IMG/VR virus record: IMGVR_UViG_3300030376_004602
Location: 1-64,000 of that record
Origin: a virus
Lineage: Duplodnaviria > Caudoviricetes
Direction: 5' to 3' (one strand)
Length of the DNA stretch: 64,000 nucleotides
Under the pieces are notes generated by a model. It was not told where the DNA came from. It did not search any database and was given only the letters and a program-made list of their open reading frames with translations. Each line of letters starts with the position of its first letter. The first letter of the stretch is position 1. Below are positions 38,701-44,714 of this stretch, piece by piece. Both the position numbers and the translations under genes were made by a program.

Positions 38701-39226
38701 CGATGTTGTTGATAACAAAGGAAATATTGCAGGTACATACAGACTAGAAAAAAAGGCTAAACAAAAAAGAAAAGAAGAAGTTGTATCAGGAGTTGAAGCT
38801 AAAGTTATAGACTTCTTCTCTTATGATGACTTCAATCAATTAACGCCTTTTGTAAAAGATAATGTGGAGCTTGCTAATTGGAAAGAAATTTTTAAAGCCA
38901 AGCTGCAGTTTGGAAGATATAAAGATATTTGGGACTTCAATAGATTTATACCTAATGAAAATCTTTCTGAAATAACTCCACAACAAAAGCAAATAGCTCA
39001 ACAAAGATATTCTGACTATGTAGCTCAGACTGGGAAACAAGATATAGAAGGGTTTAAAGACTTTGTCAGAGAACCAGCCCAGCAAAGAGATAGTTTACCA
39101 ACTTCAAATACTGTAGATTTGGGGGTAGATATAGTAGATTTCTTAAAACAACTAAGCCCAGAAGAGCGTAAGTTCTATAACAAGCTATTCCAAGAAGGAC
39201 AGTTCACAGTAAAATGTAGAAAATAA
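23789..39226 (+). CDS. virion-packaged two-barrel RNA polymerase of crAss-like phages, fused to accessory effector domains (5145 aa)
   Basis: FRIPTQGYNSM (RIP at 32885) and GSDFDIDK (DFDID 33002-33016); size and position between cargo genes. Confidence 0.92.
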   Translation: MAKKKKTPPPITSLDNSRGYSGRLHAGTFSGATRDATSLFGNAVFAETLKGLQENAESRSNDYKILRQQAANEQGGFEKFGTALVSGVSKGLVNGVNGIVSLVPYPDDVSAEGLQNWNWDIMSDDFSDRSMLSNYLDEGSKAIGLQMPIYDENPYNFYAGMDAGLTSIGEFAIPGKIISKGVGLAAKTVGRALRGVGRGVRGATSLGRMSTRSRLAKFGARTDDFLTRMSMSPKNQAFLQTGASGFAMNRFEGTVMGHQVYEETMQELAPAVAAGQLTEEEAQSYANQAALSVRNKNAGMMMTDMFAMYGIFKAKGMTRNLLTKPGFTSAVKNNLLSAKAWNPLKKAAATNPFYQALVEGGEEIIQSNIQKQSQYDALKGAEALAASRVGKEEELVYVPDSDSYYERLKDNLFSKDAAFEGAIGFFSGPIQSVALEQGMGIKPLLDNRKYKNYTKEINALQQSIKPGGSVTGLAKKLKVQEQIEDLKLKRAQETSKGAYEEQQRVIGEVKADVKNALKETVNMEDLIEEVQEKGVEGVEELLEGTAFVNTAVKHFQNGTTENLERMLKDLAEGKGDPATFGENTQQKAADLLTEMLEMEKQWLRYHDFENKASIFAAIQNEKEIDKAINRTQSQKENAQAKILTQLNEYAPSNNYGFDENGNLTITPKSEEEKKLDDDLPGQQTSLFPTNDEVRAFYERMPEKKELDEVNQTQNTFREVKGEVSKFLNNIASGKGQRAAKKLRKQREKAARRAAKRIMATNKVEAGEKTKAKTNSEKSAISNAQAKVNSDSKIVVKKVKPKAPTAPPPPTSAEKKSKEEKEIEKGKAAETNRRTTAKNGEPLKSVFAKAIAKAAAKSKEKEPVNDDSASEGENFTKSTENKSSHIQGRTDGVTNDSENAFWTLSDPSLTAEGDVITFQVEDQNIGAANDPTSPTRGLKVIDVKGRKKEIAKHENSTYGSNISEDQAADDAEAIAIYNERGDRIGYVGSPLAISSKRRNMTTEEMLEEKENLRTIRAQILSKTRNGEAAKGKINSITKQYTNFKEEGSPDSRSIDVFGTDVIIGVATAEGVTFEGGSNNLTQAAGSKIEAKMEDSERLDDLTPGLPYAFVPVRKDNKGAIYYEAFPLLPQDLNAGFINTVIYALKSWAGGIDANIDKQNRDEASATLGLNLKKNTKLRSLSMLLERFFLPRTEHPYVADDETRTYIYLNQSNSENEVIELVENVGGQQFVRGTIRRGEQLTEDTIATLEQFLANEQVQIDLRNIDGIPYIITDRDGNVKESIELADFKTHVLKNTTTGLNPVESVLNATGRTIFYKSPKVTFSVESDRSLDTSAPENEQEEEKPPWDTSKESDLTIEQISKLPFVERIPALIKAGIIASDVTYNVGKRFPIIVNIGGVKVGFYRSSEGTGGKKKGAWTPMFGYGEDGGNPWLIKGNIATQVNVNYGSSAIQEYADILNKTLNWDLSIDKGQVKDHPFYKELRLVESTQAFNKELYGVENLGIINGETDVSGFINSKVQEINAATGKPSYDEADQVDPDILSDLETDDDLPSSSEDSFIRGIEKEEYTEEERNELEDIISRYVKDPEDGYDAVIYFTQGTTPPGRGIEDFLSVEANLNRDPLYKKWQEKHTERIKKESTRDTAPDVDDLVGDAVPPEVKEEHNKRHIKGLTPTQNFEIVGHLANTMFRKLVELTTDQRVKKVSRNKLYQEALEETMASFDKYIARLEKNLARKQAQENEALKNKMEARIAGLKKYKQAVENEAAKTKELATQKLNQFEGVKGQRSEEDLENIEETAHERRNFSEDFFLTVDSKKSTSKALRKFLSSIPLIKTKTQTIKKGDDNITVSSKAMPARTTFGAPKYADFDSVYNKLHSLEVGSDANLSNQLTKLAQLYVDYPGMKQELNWLPGLIVSLGIDNLQGTKKNNRGEEKTLADVFLEEALGPDDADLSNLVKLMASTDFGVPAGEKIQRQFAINMSKAKVKAPLVLYRAVQKGGKIKFEVNLTDHNNTDNSKQIINEMQEGFLNKLYTYNPETEEYEPDETAFERAIQLLESYKKTPPTQKNSDNYKDLRKQLQEVLGISISTQTFHTLATKGYRLGRRKVLLNRKNKNVFSIDGAPFRVLLDALKSSKGKPFNPEVNVFTDNAIKNLAQMESLSQTATLSNAFRVGDKTIYTYTEHNYATSQIQTILTDPKYREQLQNTVFAGESLWLHMMSPMGGQVLEIDGDVDAGSSIELGILNFRPVKERKESNLTTDDLDGQNMDDNLFTRLALFTANASASRKSIVKKDENNKNIYSFKSRKSTTVPLAYSDKHSVLTVTTAMPVFTIGKGDGVTSDTINIFYEHVLMAEISRIQNMFDIDGTNDAAYDAGKSAFHLMPEMNTTTVKDRGGETDTVANYAARGAFDPTSVNYDEKVVGATKRALGDQLNVLINEQIEDFAKAGINQVAGKSEATFVSSEYIKMLKAQHKNAGVKLEGNKITKAVAADYVLNHMLSTANMFQMFVKDPALYTKTDGEGNVDAASTLENIQKRLAAVIAPGTATAIEEGNDAYVQLFANDVKYSEFLGEGIKEYFKGIKNKKHRESYKGAEITDGQELITYQEYLGTMVSQGQITKAERAQIEAVVKDPNKKIPEWMMDVLFGAEKPVAVADKFVTLKDGQRIEKRVYVKSSGLPLIPKFTKGTELENLRKALEQIQEKSGLPVRLAFSSAVKVGLPETAKNTNIQYTEKDIESLKEELPEGLSAERRNEEEEKLDALLGTIKPVKELVSMFNGDLTEKELNSDEAFLEDESLRPPRQILQRKYWRIQQATPNKNKDIATRGTQESKIILSEVKEAFGEEAGTKLIEDWNSLHSKLFGLRIHELEREILNPDGSIDRKALAEFLDRDANEGGVSVNTRYGLEVDQNGKFVIPLDLSAGTLEYQTLINAIANKRIAQKKVKGQSTVLMTEFGFSIREGQDLSDSGIVWTQGFDFQHGKLKPARVENGVVKPAQVIVPNKFFVNGKRVNLKKYIIKGEQGQMILDTNRMPAEILKGFGFRIPTQGYNSMAGIEIVGFLPESMGDVVVAPGSFVNQMGSDFDIDKMFNYFYKLERSTISRRAVTDATIAISDEIAAIESGKSSLEDFKKRGDSEENYQAYLEDINDQIKSLEEELQNLKSKSTTFVKVTADDLKDKPFNELTEKEIARLEDALLNEGLDMRLKIMGKNEIYQTMSAPLDFGLLKYKDEEGNDTGLKFYFKDKRMSTRASSRNPLAPGYHTQKYQDARGAGAGVGVFARGITFQSMAQSGVDVIPGADFKLGRFKSNNITDSKTVTNNKRSKIEVLTAFLSASLDNEKEQIMNYLNINDDTFSTATAMIHSGFEEDLVLAFLESPVLRLLAENKRSRTKKTQIASFSIFNRLVLDLVPKDYKNLTEKEKEEEREKIIDEARKELAGSSFETKEETFNRLIQNSDVTLKYTPPKIGVSSAKIQFLNEEGKPLEKDELKRAKLLAIGSLDLTGQFKDISTDILAAQRLLNVDSGGLGKNAYEAYSKLEDYIGLADLQFGISFPHPIFKALIGEHRTLVYPAKMEGQEEVNAEELAEYLTNETELINQGFIRIAKAPGNTDVYFLKPVSTPATIFAESMGLTSRIYEDTMPVLVDYVLNNVDLSYPAIPKSLRNQFRADKKAKIVHDTLRSILFSSTENWISGQFEEATGLSTQPTQQTSDTINIYAGTNENAELSNFANRPVMDPLGAEFKNVEAAFQYAKTNFADGDNESIKMKLQNATGAQAKALGRKIKGLDVKAWDENSAAIMKGLIKDSFEQNPKALEKLLATGNATLTHTQDKTKYRELFPKLLMEVRQELGGSQSTASSLVQIRRALMYGDNTLALRVKEAIKDRRLSKNPFLKSLVLSTKAGERHKVTFANFTPDGMMDEDKADAFAQLFLMPDQSPIEGLKLTPAQLGALLVTYSMVTGGNQKALEFVRFVPNSYLVGTGFYKAINDKLTETLSTRSGKTNLSMSIMSQLVQHNPTLTYRKKRTQTIKKIEGSDNFTISGLKVEGSKSLGTLRAVDKSQRVPETVPFLHTISKKGNISLYYFDEDLNTPGNKAIYTKIDVLGDGGDLNEFSAGLINAQSQNAFGISVVPSNKKAYVEESLQQEETSEPDAKGKIDLESLIQKVVNKTVEKVIKVNTEPGVKVSRKLELNSNGESDPIKTIEAVATGSDSPMFRQLAAAFLTRKDDLKNITFKTKALKDGKDAGGSYTYDSKTIELSYSNDKLYNEYAILHEFGHALTKDAIVAFEKGGTYPNAKVKQAMKNIAEVQNLYVQYLEALNPVELEAFKKKYDEYRRRKGLSGKDRAKLPPLDFSNKKELGKYYGGLKLSEFVTMVLSDEVLQAELDKVMPTLEGAAAASEKSLFRELLDAIKEILEGLTGVSLSKYTVEQAMTIVTQGMDTKVQGNPGSTASTDTTNDSAKEFAKKFAPKINLKIKGDKNKDLLPGSEASNVFDSNPKLANQVYGALGLTVVNESSTNIASTIYELIPDITESKIDEIYNNYVSLIGKARKDKEISKDAFKKLLRKYQVFNYKDTYIFGQYDMDNGLFVTRINSSPTSKELLAEALPTLVKQGIDFASFVPKDVAQKYKRSGYSLSKEGFAYNFKGEDMVKYLAVSNPNISLKVFGKTLEEISAKEIKDFSKDQTLSYKPVEIKGELIEKAGNDLSKILETYLNQFGIVVKDVSTIKNALNIDELGFADILSKVAYVENNKDLPPIAGEFIAYMMQYNPLVSEIIKELSQTENYKKLDKSEYFKIVGGLISDDLQNKLDENYSQSLLQKLKQLIQEFFSLLRGTRIDLINKNVGIISNNILQQNKKLITASLYKPGAYGKPTKQVSLKEAMASDKFGSSIINKLAKEGFILTGSTSLGEQGTIQRPDENLLHDIDWVSPFNREKTAEKFLKQYPDAIKIRDIQGDSFVTDTWIISPEGYSIKNLNKQSDYNIITSYDVVDNKGNIAGTYRLEKKAKQKRKEEVVSGVEAKVIDFFSYDDFNQLTPFVKDNVELANWKEIFKAKLQFGRYKDIWDFNRFIPNENLSEITPQQKQIAQQRYSDYVAQTGKQDIEGFKDFVREPAQQRDSLPTSNTVDLGVDIVDFLKQLSPEERKFYNKLFQEGQFTVKCRK
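34886..35300 (+). other. NADAR (YbiA/DUF1768) domain inserted in the vRNAP
   Basis: LSNF...FKNVEAAFQYAK...AKALGRKI...W...IM...FEQNP...LLATG...LTHTQD...LLMEVR; flanked by S/T/Q linkers. Confidence 0.85.
36338..37048 (+). other. zincin-like metallopeptidase domain in the vRNAP
   Basis: AGGSY...ILHEFGHAL (HExxH 36560-36574), downstream LSEFV as third-ligand motif. Confidence 0.8.
37438..37717 (+). other. GNAT-like domain in the vRNAP C-terminal region
   Basis: FVPKDVAQKYKRSGY resembles the GNAT C-terminal motif (A..Y.r.GF/Y) after a beta-helix-beta pattern. Confidence 0.4.
38380..38950 (+). other. Pol-beta-superfamily nucleotidyltransferase domain in the vRNAP C-terminal region
   Basis: LTGSTSL (GS 38450), HDID (38507-38518), VIDFF, and AK....RYKD.WD. 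Confidence 0.7.
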
Positions 39227-42200
39227 TGAGTAAGAAATGCAGCATAGACCATAAGAAGCCAACACTAGCCCGACTAATGCACAAGTTTGGGGATGTAAGA
39301 GGCTTTTCTATCTATTATAAAGAAAGTGCTAAGAATGGCCAACTAGACGATTGGATAGAAAATAAGTACTTGAAGGAGTATAATGATGCTACAGTAAACT
39401 CAAGAAATAAATATAAGACCCACCCAGAATCTGCTAGGGGGTATAGCGCACAAACAGAAGCCATAGAAGAAGCTCTTGGCCTAGCTAGCTGGACTGCTAA
39501 AGGAGGTTTAAATAAACGCTCTTACGATGAGTCTAACTCTGATCGTAAGATTAATGACTCTCTGCTAAAGGCTAGACAATACTTAGTAGAAGAAGGATTA
39601 CAAGATCAATATGAAGCTGTAAAAGGTTTAGCCAAAACTAGAGGAAAGCTACAGGTAAGGATTAGGCCTAGACAAGATTCCGACTTCTTAGTAGAAAACG
39701 CTAATGTACCTTTTGTAGATGAGCTAAGACGCCGTGCTCAAGCCCTTACTAGAGAAAATCAGAATCTTACTAATAAAAGAAAATCTGAAGGCATTACTGA
39801 AGCTGAAGAACGAAAGATTATTGCTAGACAACAAGTCCTAAATAACGAGCTAGAACAAATTGATCAAGAGATTTATAATTTTCATAAAAGCTTCAACATC
39901 AATAATTTGATGAAACAACTAGATGAAGATCATGCTTTTATGGAGGACTTTTTATCTCAGGAAGAGTTTGAATCTGATGAGTTTTATGAGAAGGTACGTC
40001 AGGCTGTAGATAAGTTAGAGGTCTGGGAAGCTGCATCTCAAGCTCCTATCCAGGGGGTACACCCATTTCTTGATGAAGCAGAAGTAAAAAATGAGAATGC
40101 AGTAAAAGAAGTTACTAGTAAATCAAGAGACTTCTATTTAAGATATGCTGACGCTATTGCTGAGAGAAGAAACACTGCTATTGTAGAATTTACTCGAGAG
40201 CATACTATTAGCGATAACATGAGTGATCAAGAAATCTTGTCTATTGTTGAAGATATGACGGGTTTAAGAGCTGGTGTTTTAAACCTTGGACAGGCTGAAC
40301 AGCCTTTACTACAAGGTGTATTTGCTGCTGTTACAAAGGCTAACCTAAAGTTTCAGCAACAAGCAGACACAGATTTACAAAGATTGTCTGAGCTGGCTAA
40401 GAATATATCTCAAGATACCCTTGACGCTATGTATCAAAAAGATGCTCAAGGTAGACATACTGGTAGACTAGTAAACCCATACTCTCTAGAATACTATAAT
40501 GAAAGACAGGGTGTAATCTCTGCAGTAGCAGATGCTAGGGCTGAGTTAGACTCTCTACCTGAGGATACTCCTGATGTTGTCTTTAACACAGTAAAGAAAA
40601 AACTACAAAACGCTTTTAAAAAGCAGGCTGCTTGGTATAAAAAGAATCAAATGAGTCTTAGTCCTGTAGGTATTATTGCAGATGAAGATACCACGGATGG
40701 TACTCTACCTGCTGAATATCTAGACGATAGAGCTGTAGATGATGATAGTGAAACCAAGATAAGAGAACAACTAGTAGAAAGAGTAGGAGAAAGACAGACT
40801 AATAATATTATCAAGAATATAAAGAAGAGGACTATACAGTTCCAAGCTGCGAGAGATGCTTACTATCTTGACCTGCTAGGTTCTCGTTCCCCCGAACAAG
40901 GACTTGATGAATATAGCAAACAACTATTCGAGTTTTGGCTTGAGCAAAATTCTCCATATAAAATACTAGAGCCGGGAAGAAAGCTAACCTCCTTCAAGGA
41001 TATAGACGGATTCACTCAGAAATCATATGCTAAGTATAAGTATGTATCTGCCATACCTAATCCAAATGAAGAAAGATTCTACGACCAGAACTACCAGGCT
41101 GTACTAGCTGATCCAAATGCTGCAGAACTATATGATATGTTCCGTACGTTTATGGCAGAAGGTAGAGATATGCTAGGAGATGTTGACGGATTTTTAACAG
41201 GTCTGTCTATTCCGCTTCTTGAAGAATCTCTACGTAAGCAGATGTTCCAAGAACAAGGCCTGATGGCAGCAAGAAGTTTTCTAACAGACTCAATTATAAA
41301 AAGTCTACGAGAAGCATCTAGCTCTAGCAACCAAAACCAAAGAATCAATCCTGCTACAAACAGGGAGACTAAGGTTATTAATGTATCTAATCTTTCTCAA
41401 AATATTATCTCTAAACAAGTAAAGGTTAGACAAGAGGAACTAATTGATGAGTATAAGCAGAATAATCCAGGTAAGCCTATTACACTGGAGCTAAAAAGAG
41501 AACTCAAAAAAGACGCACTCGATGATGTATACCGTAAATCTGCTACCAACATTATTGGAGCAATGGCATACTATAGAGTAAACTCTCTAATGGCAGGTAA
41601 TCGCCGTGTACTAGAGCCTCACATGGCTATCATTAAGAACTTTGTAGCTGAGCAGATGGTAGAGGAAAAGACTCTGGGTATAGTAGATAAGGTAAAACAA
41701 GTTACAGGTAAGCCTACAACTAAAGAAAAACAACAGGCTAACAATATGATAAAGGCGCTTGACCATTATCTAGATGAGAGCTTGTATGGAATTTCTACAA
41801 AGAAAAAAGGCGCTACTCTAGGTAAAGTACTTACCTCAGAAGAAAAGCAGAGAGCAGAGTCTATAAAAACTAGACTTGAAGAAATTAATGAGCAGTTAGA
41901 TAAGCTAAAGAAAAAACTAGCTACAGGAGAATATTTAACTGGAGAAGAGGAAGCTCTGTATGATAGACTAGAAGAGCGTAAGAATTTTCTAGAAAAAGAG
42001 TTTGAAAATATAGGAGGGGAGATATCAGCAACGAAAGCTGCAGACGGCTTGTTAAGATTAACACAAGCACTTGGTATTGGTTTTTCCGTGCCGTCAGCCG
42101 TTGCTAACACTGGGTTCGGATATATAGCCAATATGATTGAAGCAGGTAGGGGAAGAGATTACAATGTTCGTAACCTACAAAGATCGTATGCAATGACTAT

Positions 42201-43536
42201 GGGCTCTGTATCTACATCACCTGAAACATATTCAGGGGATAGAGTAGCTACAAAGAATACAATTACTGAACTTTCTAAAAAGTACGCCATTGGTACTCCA
42301 CCTGTAGAGCAGAGACCACAAACCAACTATAGAAAGTTTGGTAAGAAAAATATCTTTGGAAGAGTTAAGTCTGGTAAGAGTCTGGAAGAAAGAGCTTACG
42401 TAATGATGGAGAAGACTGAGTACATAAACCAAGCTACTCAGATGGCAGCCATAATGCTTTCTACTAAAGTCATTATGAAAGATGGTACTGAAACTAATCT
42501 TCTAGAAGTCTACAATAACTCAGACCTATCTATAGATGATGTTACTCAGTATAAAATTTATGGTGGAGATAACTTTAGAGACTTTGAGGAATTACAGTTT
42601 ATTGTCTACGTCAAGAATGTAATCCACAGAACTCATGGTGACTATGAGAATAAAATCATGTTCAAGAATAATCTACTGGGTAGGGCTCTATCCCAGTATA
42701 GAACTTGGATGTATAGAACTGTAGCTGATAGATTTGATATTGAACGCTATGATGGTATTGGAGGTTACACAACTAAAGGCCGCTATCGCTCAGCTGTACC
42801 AATGGGAGTAATGCCATTCTTTAATGCGCTTATTCCTCCGGTAATCTTTGCTCGTACTAAAGATCAGAAAAAGAAAAAAGAGGTGTCTATGAAAAATAAG
42901 GCAGGTACTACTTTAAGAAATACCCTGTCTACTACTAAGACATTTGCTTCATCTTTCCTTAGAAACCCTTTCAAGTTCAATAAGATCATGAAGGAAAAGC
43001 TACAGGATGAGTATGAAAAAGTAGATGCAGAAAACATTGCCGCAGCATACACTGAATGGATAGCATATCTTACAATTTCTCTAATGAGTAAGTTATTAAT
43101 ACTCTGGGCTAACTCTGCACTAGACGATGAGGATGAACTTACTGCACAGAAAGGAGCAGTAATCTTTGCACTAAATATGCTAAAGAGATTTGAAAACGAC
43201 CTTGGGTTCTATGTAAACCCACTAGAAGCTAGCCGTCTTGTAGATAATCCTATACCTGCGTATTACTTGCAGGAAAAAGGAACTAGACTATTTGATTCTA
43301 TTGGAAGAATCTTTGATGACAGACCAATGGAAATTCAGTCTGGTATTTATGAAGGTTGGAACTGGATAGGAAGAGATGCTTTAAAAGTTATTCCAGGCGC
43401 AATCGGAGTAGATAAAATTTACCGTAACATAACTGCAGATCTAGCAACAGGTAAGAAGGTTGAAGATGACTACAGCGTATTTTCTAGAGGAGACATCTAC
43501 GACAAGGCATTAGGTATAGATAAAAAAGAGGACTAA
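39226..43536 (+). CDS. virion cargo (ejection) protein, 1436 aa, vRNAP-associated
   Basis: TAATG-coupled to the vRNAP; helical/coiled composition with C-terminal hydrophobic helices; position matches the crAss-like cargo block. Confidence 0.75.
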   Translation: MSKKCSIDHKKPTLARLMHKFGDVRGFSIYYKESAKNGQLDDWIENKYLKEYNDATVNSRNKYKTHPESARGYSAQTEAIEEALGLASWTAKGGLNKRSYDESNSDRKINDSLLKARQYLVEEGLQDQYEAVKGLAKTRGKLQVRIRPRQDSDFLVENANVPFVDELRRRAQALTRENQNLTNKRKSEGITEAEERKIIARQQVLNNELEQIDQEIYNFHKSFNINNLMKQLDEDHAFMEDFLSQEEFESDEFYEKVRQAVDKLEVWEAASQAPIQGVHPFLDEAEVKNENAVKEVTSKSRDFYLRYADAIAERRNTAIVEFTREHTISDNMSDQEILSIVEDMTGLRAGVLNLGQAEQPLLQGVFAAVTKANLKFQQQADTDLQRLSELAKNISQDTLDAMYQKDAQGRHTGRLVNPYSLEYYNERQGVISAVADARAELDSLPEDTPDVVFNTVKKKLQNAFKKQAAWYKKNQMSLSPVGIIADEDTTDGTLPAEYLDDRAVDDDSETKIREQLVERVGERQTNNIIKNIKKRTIQFQAARDAYYLDLLGSRSPEQGLDEYSKQLFEFWLEQNSPYKILEPGRKLTSFKDIDGFTQKSYAKYKYVSAIPNPNEERFYDQNYQAVLADPNAAELYDMFRTFMAEGRDMLGDVDGFLTGLSIPLLEESLRKQMFQEQGLMAARSFLTDSIIKSLREASSSSNQNQRINPATNRETKVINVSNLSQNIISKQVKVRQEELIDEYKQNNPGKPITLELKRELKKDALDDVYRKSATNIIGAMAYYRVNSLMAGNRRVLEPHMAIIKNFVAEQMVEEKTLGIVDKVKQVTGKPTTKEKQQANNMIKALDHYLDESLYGISTKKKGATLGKVLTSEEKQRAESIKTRLEEINEQLDKLKKKLATGEYLTGEEEALYDRLEERKNFLEKEFENIGGEISATKAADGLLRLTQALGIGFSVPSAVANTGFGYIANMIEAGRGRDYNVRNLQRSYAMTMGSVSTSPETYSGDRVATKNTITELSKKYAIGTPPVEQRPQTNYRKFGKKNIFGRVKSGKSLEERAYVMMEKTEYINQATQMAAIMLSTKVIMKDGTETNLLEVYNNSDLSIDDVTQYKIYGGDNFRDFEELQFIVYVKNVIHRTHGDYENKIMFKNNLLGRALSQYRTWMYRTVADRFDIERYDGIGGYTTKGRYRSAVPMGVMPFFNALIPPVIFARTKDQKKKKEVSMKNKAGTTLRNTLSTTKTFASSFLRNPFKFNKIMKEKLQDEYEKVDAENIAAAYTEWIAYLTISLMSKLLILWANSALDDEDELTAQKGAVIFALNMLKRFENDLGFYVNPLEASRLVDNPIPAYYLQEKGTRLFDSIGRIFDDRPMEIQSGIYEGWNWIGRDALKVIPGAIGVDKIYRNITADLATGKKVEDDYSVFSRGDIYDKALGIDKKED

Positions 43537-43549
43537 AATAAGTCCTCTT
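43526..43549. terminator. hairpin at the junction of the convergent transcription units
   Basis: Perfect 9-bp inverted repeat AAGAGGACT-aaaata-AGTCCTCTT overlapping both stop codons. Confidence 0.6.
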
Positions 43550-43694
43550 CCTCGTCTCTCTTAATCAACAGTCTGGGCCTAGTAGACTTTGCATCAGCTG
43601 CGTCAGTCATACGTTGACTCATATCATCAGTATCTATCTGAGTATTCTTAACGGGCTTACCGTTAAAGATGTATCCTTTCTTTAAATGCTTCAT
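43533..43694 (-). CDS. 53-aa hypothetical protein (MKHLKKGYIFNGKPVKNT...DEEEDLF), not in the ORF track
   Basis: Translated by hand; ATG 2 nt after the stop of 43697..43924. Confidence 0.65.
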   Translation of the reverse strand: MKHLKKGYIFNGKPVKNTQIDTDDMSQRMTDAADAKSTRPRLLIKRDEEEDLF

Positions 43695-43696
43695 AT

Positions 43697-43924
43697 TTAA
43701 TAGTTTGGGGTATAAAACTCTCCAGAGGTATCTCTTAGCATTACGTCAATCTCTGTTCTATTGTACACTGTCTTAGAGCTAAACTCTGCAGGTACAGTTT
43801 CAAAACACATGAGTATATTCTTATCAACTCTACCATCAGTGCTTATTGCAGCAAGTCCTTTTACTCTTTCTATAGCATCAACAGAATGAAACTCTGATTC
43901 TGTTAGTATAATATAATTATCCAT
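43697..43924 (-). CDS. 75-aa hypothetical protein, usual companion of LamG-domain genes
   Basis: Coupled to the LamG gene; YIIL..SE...VD...V pattern. Confidence 0.65.
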   Translation of the reverse strand: MDNYIILTESEFHSVDAIERVKGLAAISTDGRVDKNILMCFETVPAEFSSKTVYNRTEIDVMLRDTSGEFYTPNY

Positions 43925-44712
43925 TATTCAGGTACATCAGTTGTGAATGTAGGAGAGTTTACACCAGTACCGTCACTAGTTCCAGTAGTATCTGTAAAGT
44001 CATCCTCAAATCTATAATAAAGTTCTAGGTTAGTAGCAGAGAAGTTGGACCCACCTAGAGTCAAATCAGTAGGAACTCCGCTATTATAAATCTCACTAAT
44101 ACCACTTGCGGAAAGAGCTTCTCTAAAGAAAGCAAATTCATCCATTTCTCCACCGTAAAAAGCAGTTGGAGATGTGTTAGTTGTATCCATATATCCTATA
44201 TTAAACTGTCCACTAGCACCAAAATCAGCACCATCTTGTTCAGATCCCGTTATTCCGCCATTACCAAGAACAGTTTGAGTAGCTATTGCTGAACCATTTA
44301 CATAAATATCAACTGTACCAGCATCACTATCTCCAACTCTTGTCCAAACAAATGCTATATGTGTCCAACTACTAGCGGGTCCGTCAGCAAATATTGTAGA
44401 AGTTGAGGCTTCAGTATGGGTATCGCCACCAATAGCAAACTGAAAAGTTAATTTGCCAGTATTACCTGTAGTTATGGATATGAGAAAAATCGGTGAAAAA
44501 GATGGTAAACTACCAAGAAAGGTACTAGTCGCTGTAGGTATACCATCGGCAGGTTTAACCCACATGCTAAAAGTAAAAGACCCTCTTACAGCGGCATCTA
44601 CACCATAACCTGTGTCTATCCCTTGGTTAGTTCCATTAAAGGTGACCGACTTAGTGTTTGTAAATCTCTCTATAAGTTTTTCGAGAGTTAATAGTTTGCC
44701 TAATCCTAACAT
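43924..44712 (-). CDS. LamG / concanavalin-A-like domain protein (virion accessory)
   Basis: SVTFNG, FTFSMWVKP, WTHIAFV, IYVNG, GEMDEFAFF..ALS, LYYRFE. Confidence 0.85.
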   Translation of the reverse strand: MLGLGKLLTLEKLIERFTNTKSVTFNGTNQGIDTGYGVDAAVRGSFTFSMWVKPADGIPTATSTFLGSLPSFSPIFLISITTGNTGKLTFQFAIGGDTHTEASTSTIFADGPASSWTHIAFVWTRVGDSDAGTVDIYVNGSAIATQTVLGNGGITGSEQDGADFGASGQFNIGYMDTTNTSPTAFYGGEMDEFAFFREALSASGISEIYNSGVPTDLTLGGSNFSATNLELYYRFEDDFTDTTGTSDGTGVNSPTFTTDVPE

Positions 44713-44714
44713 TG

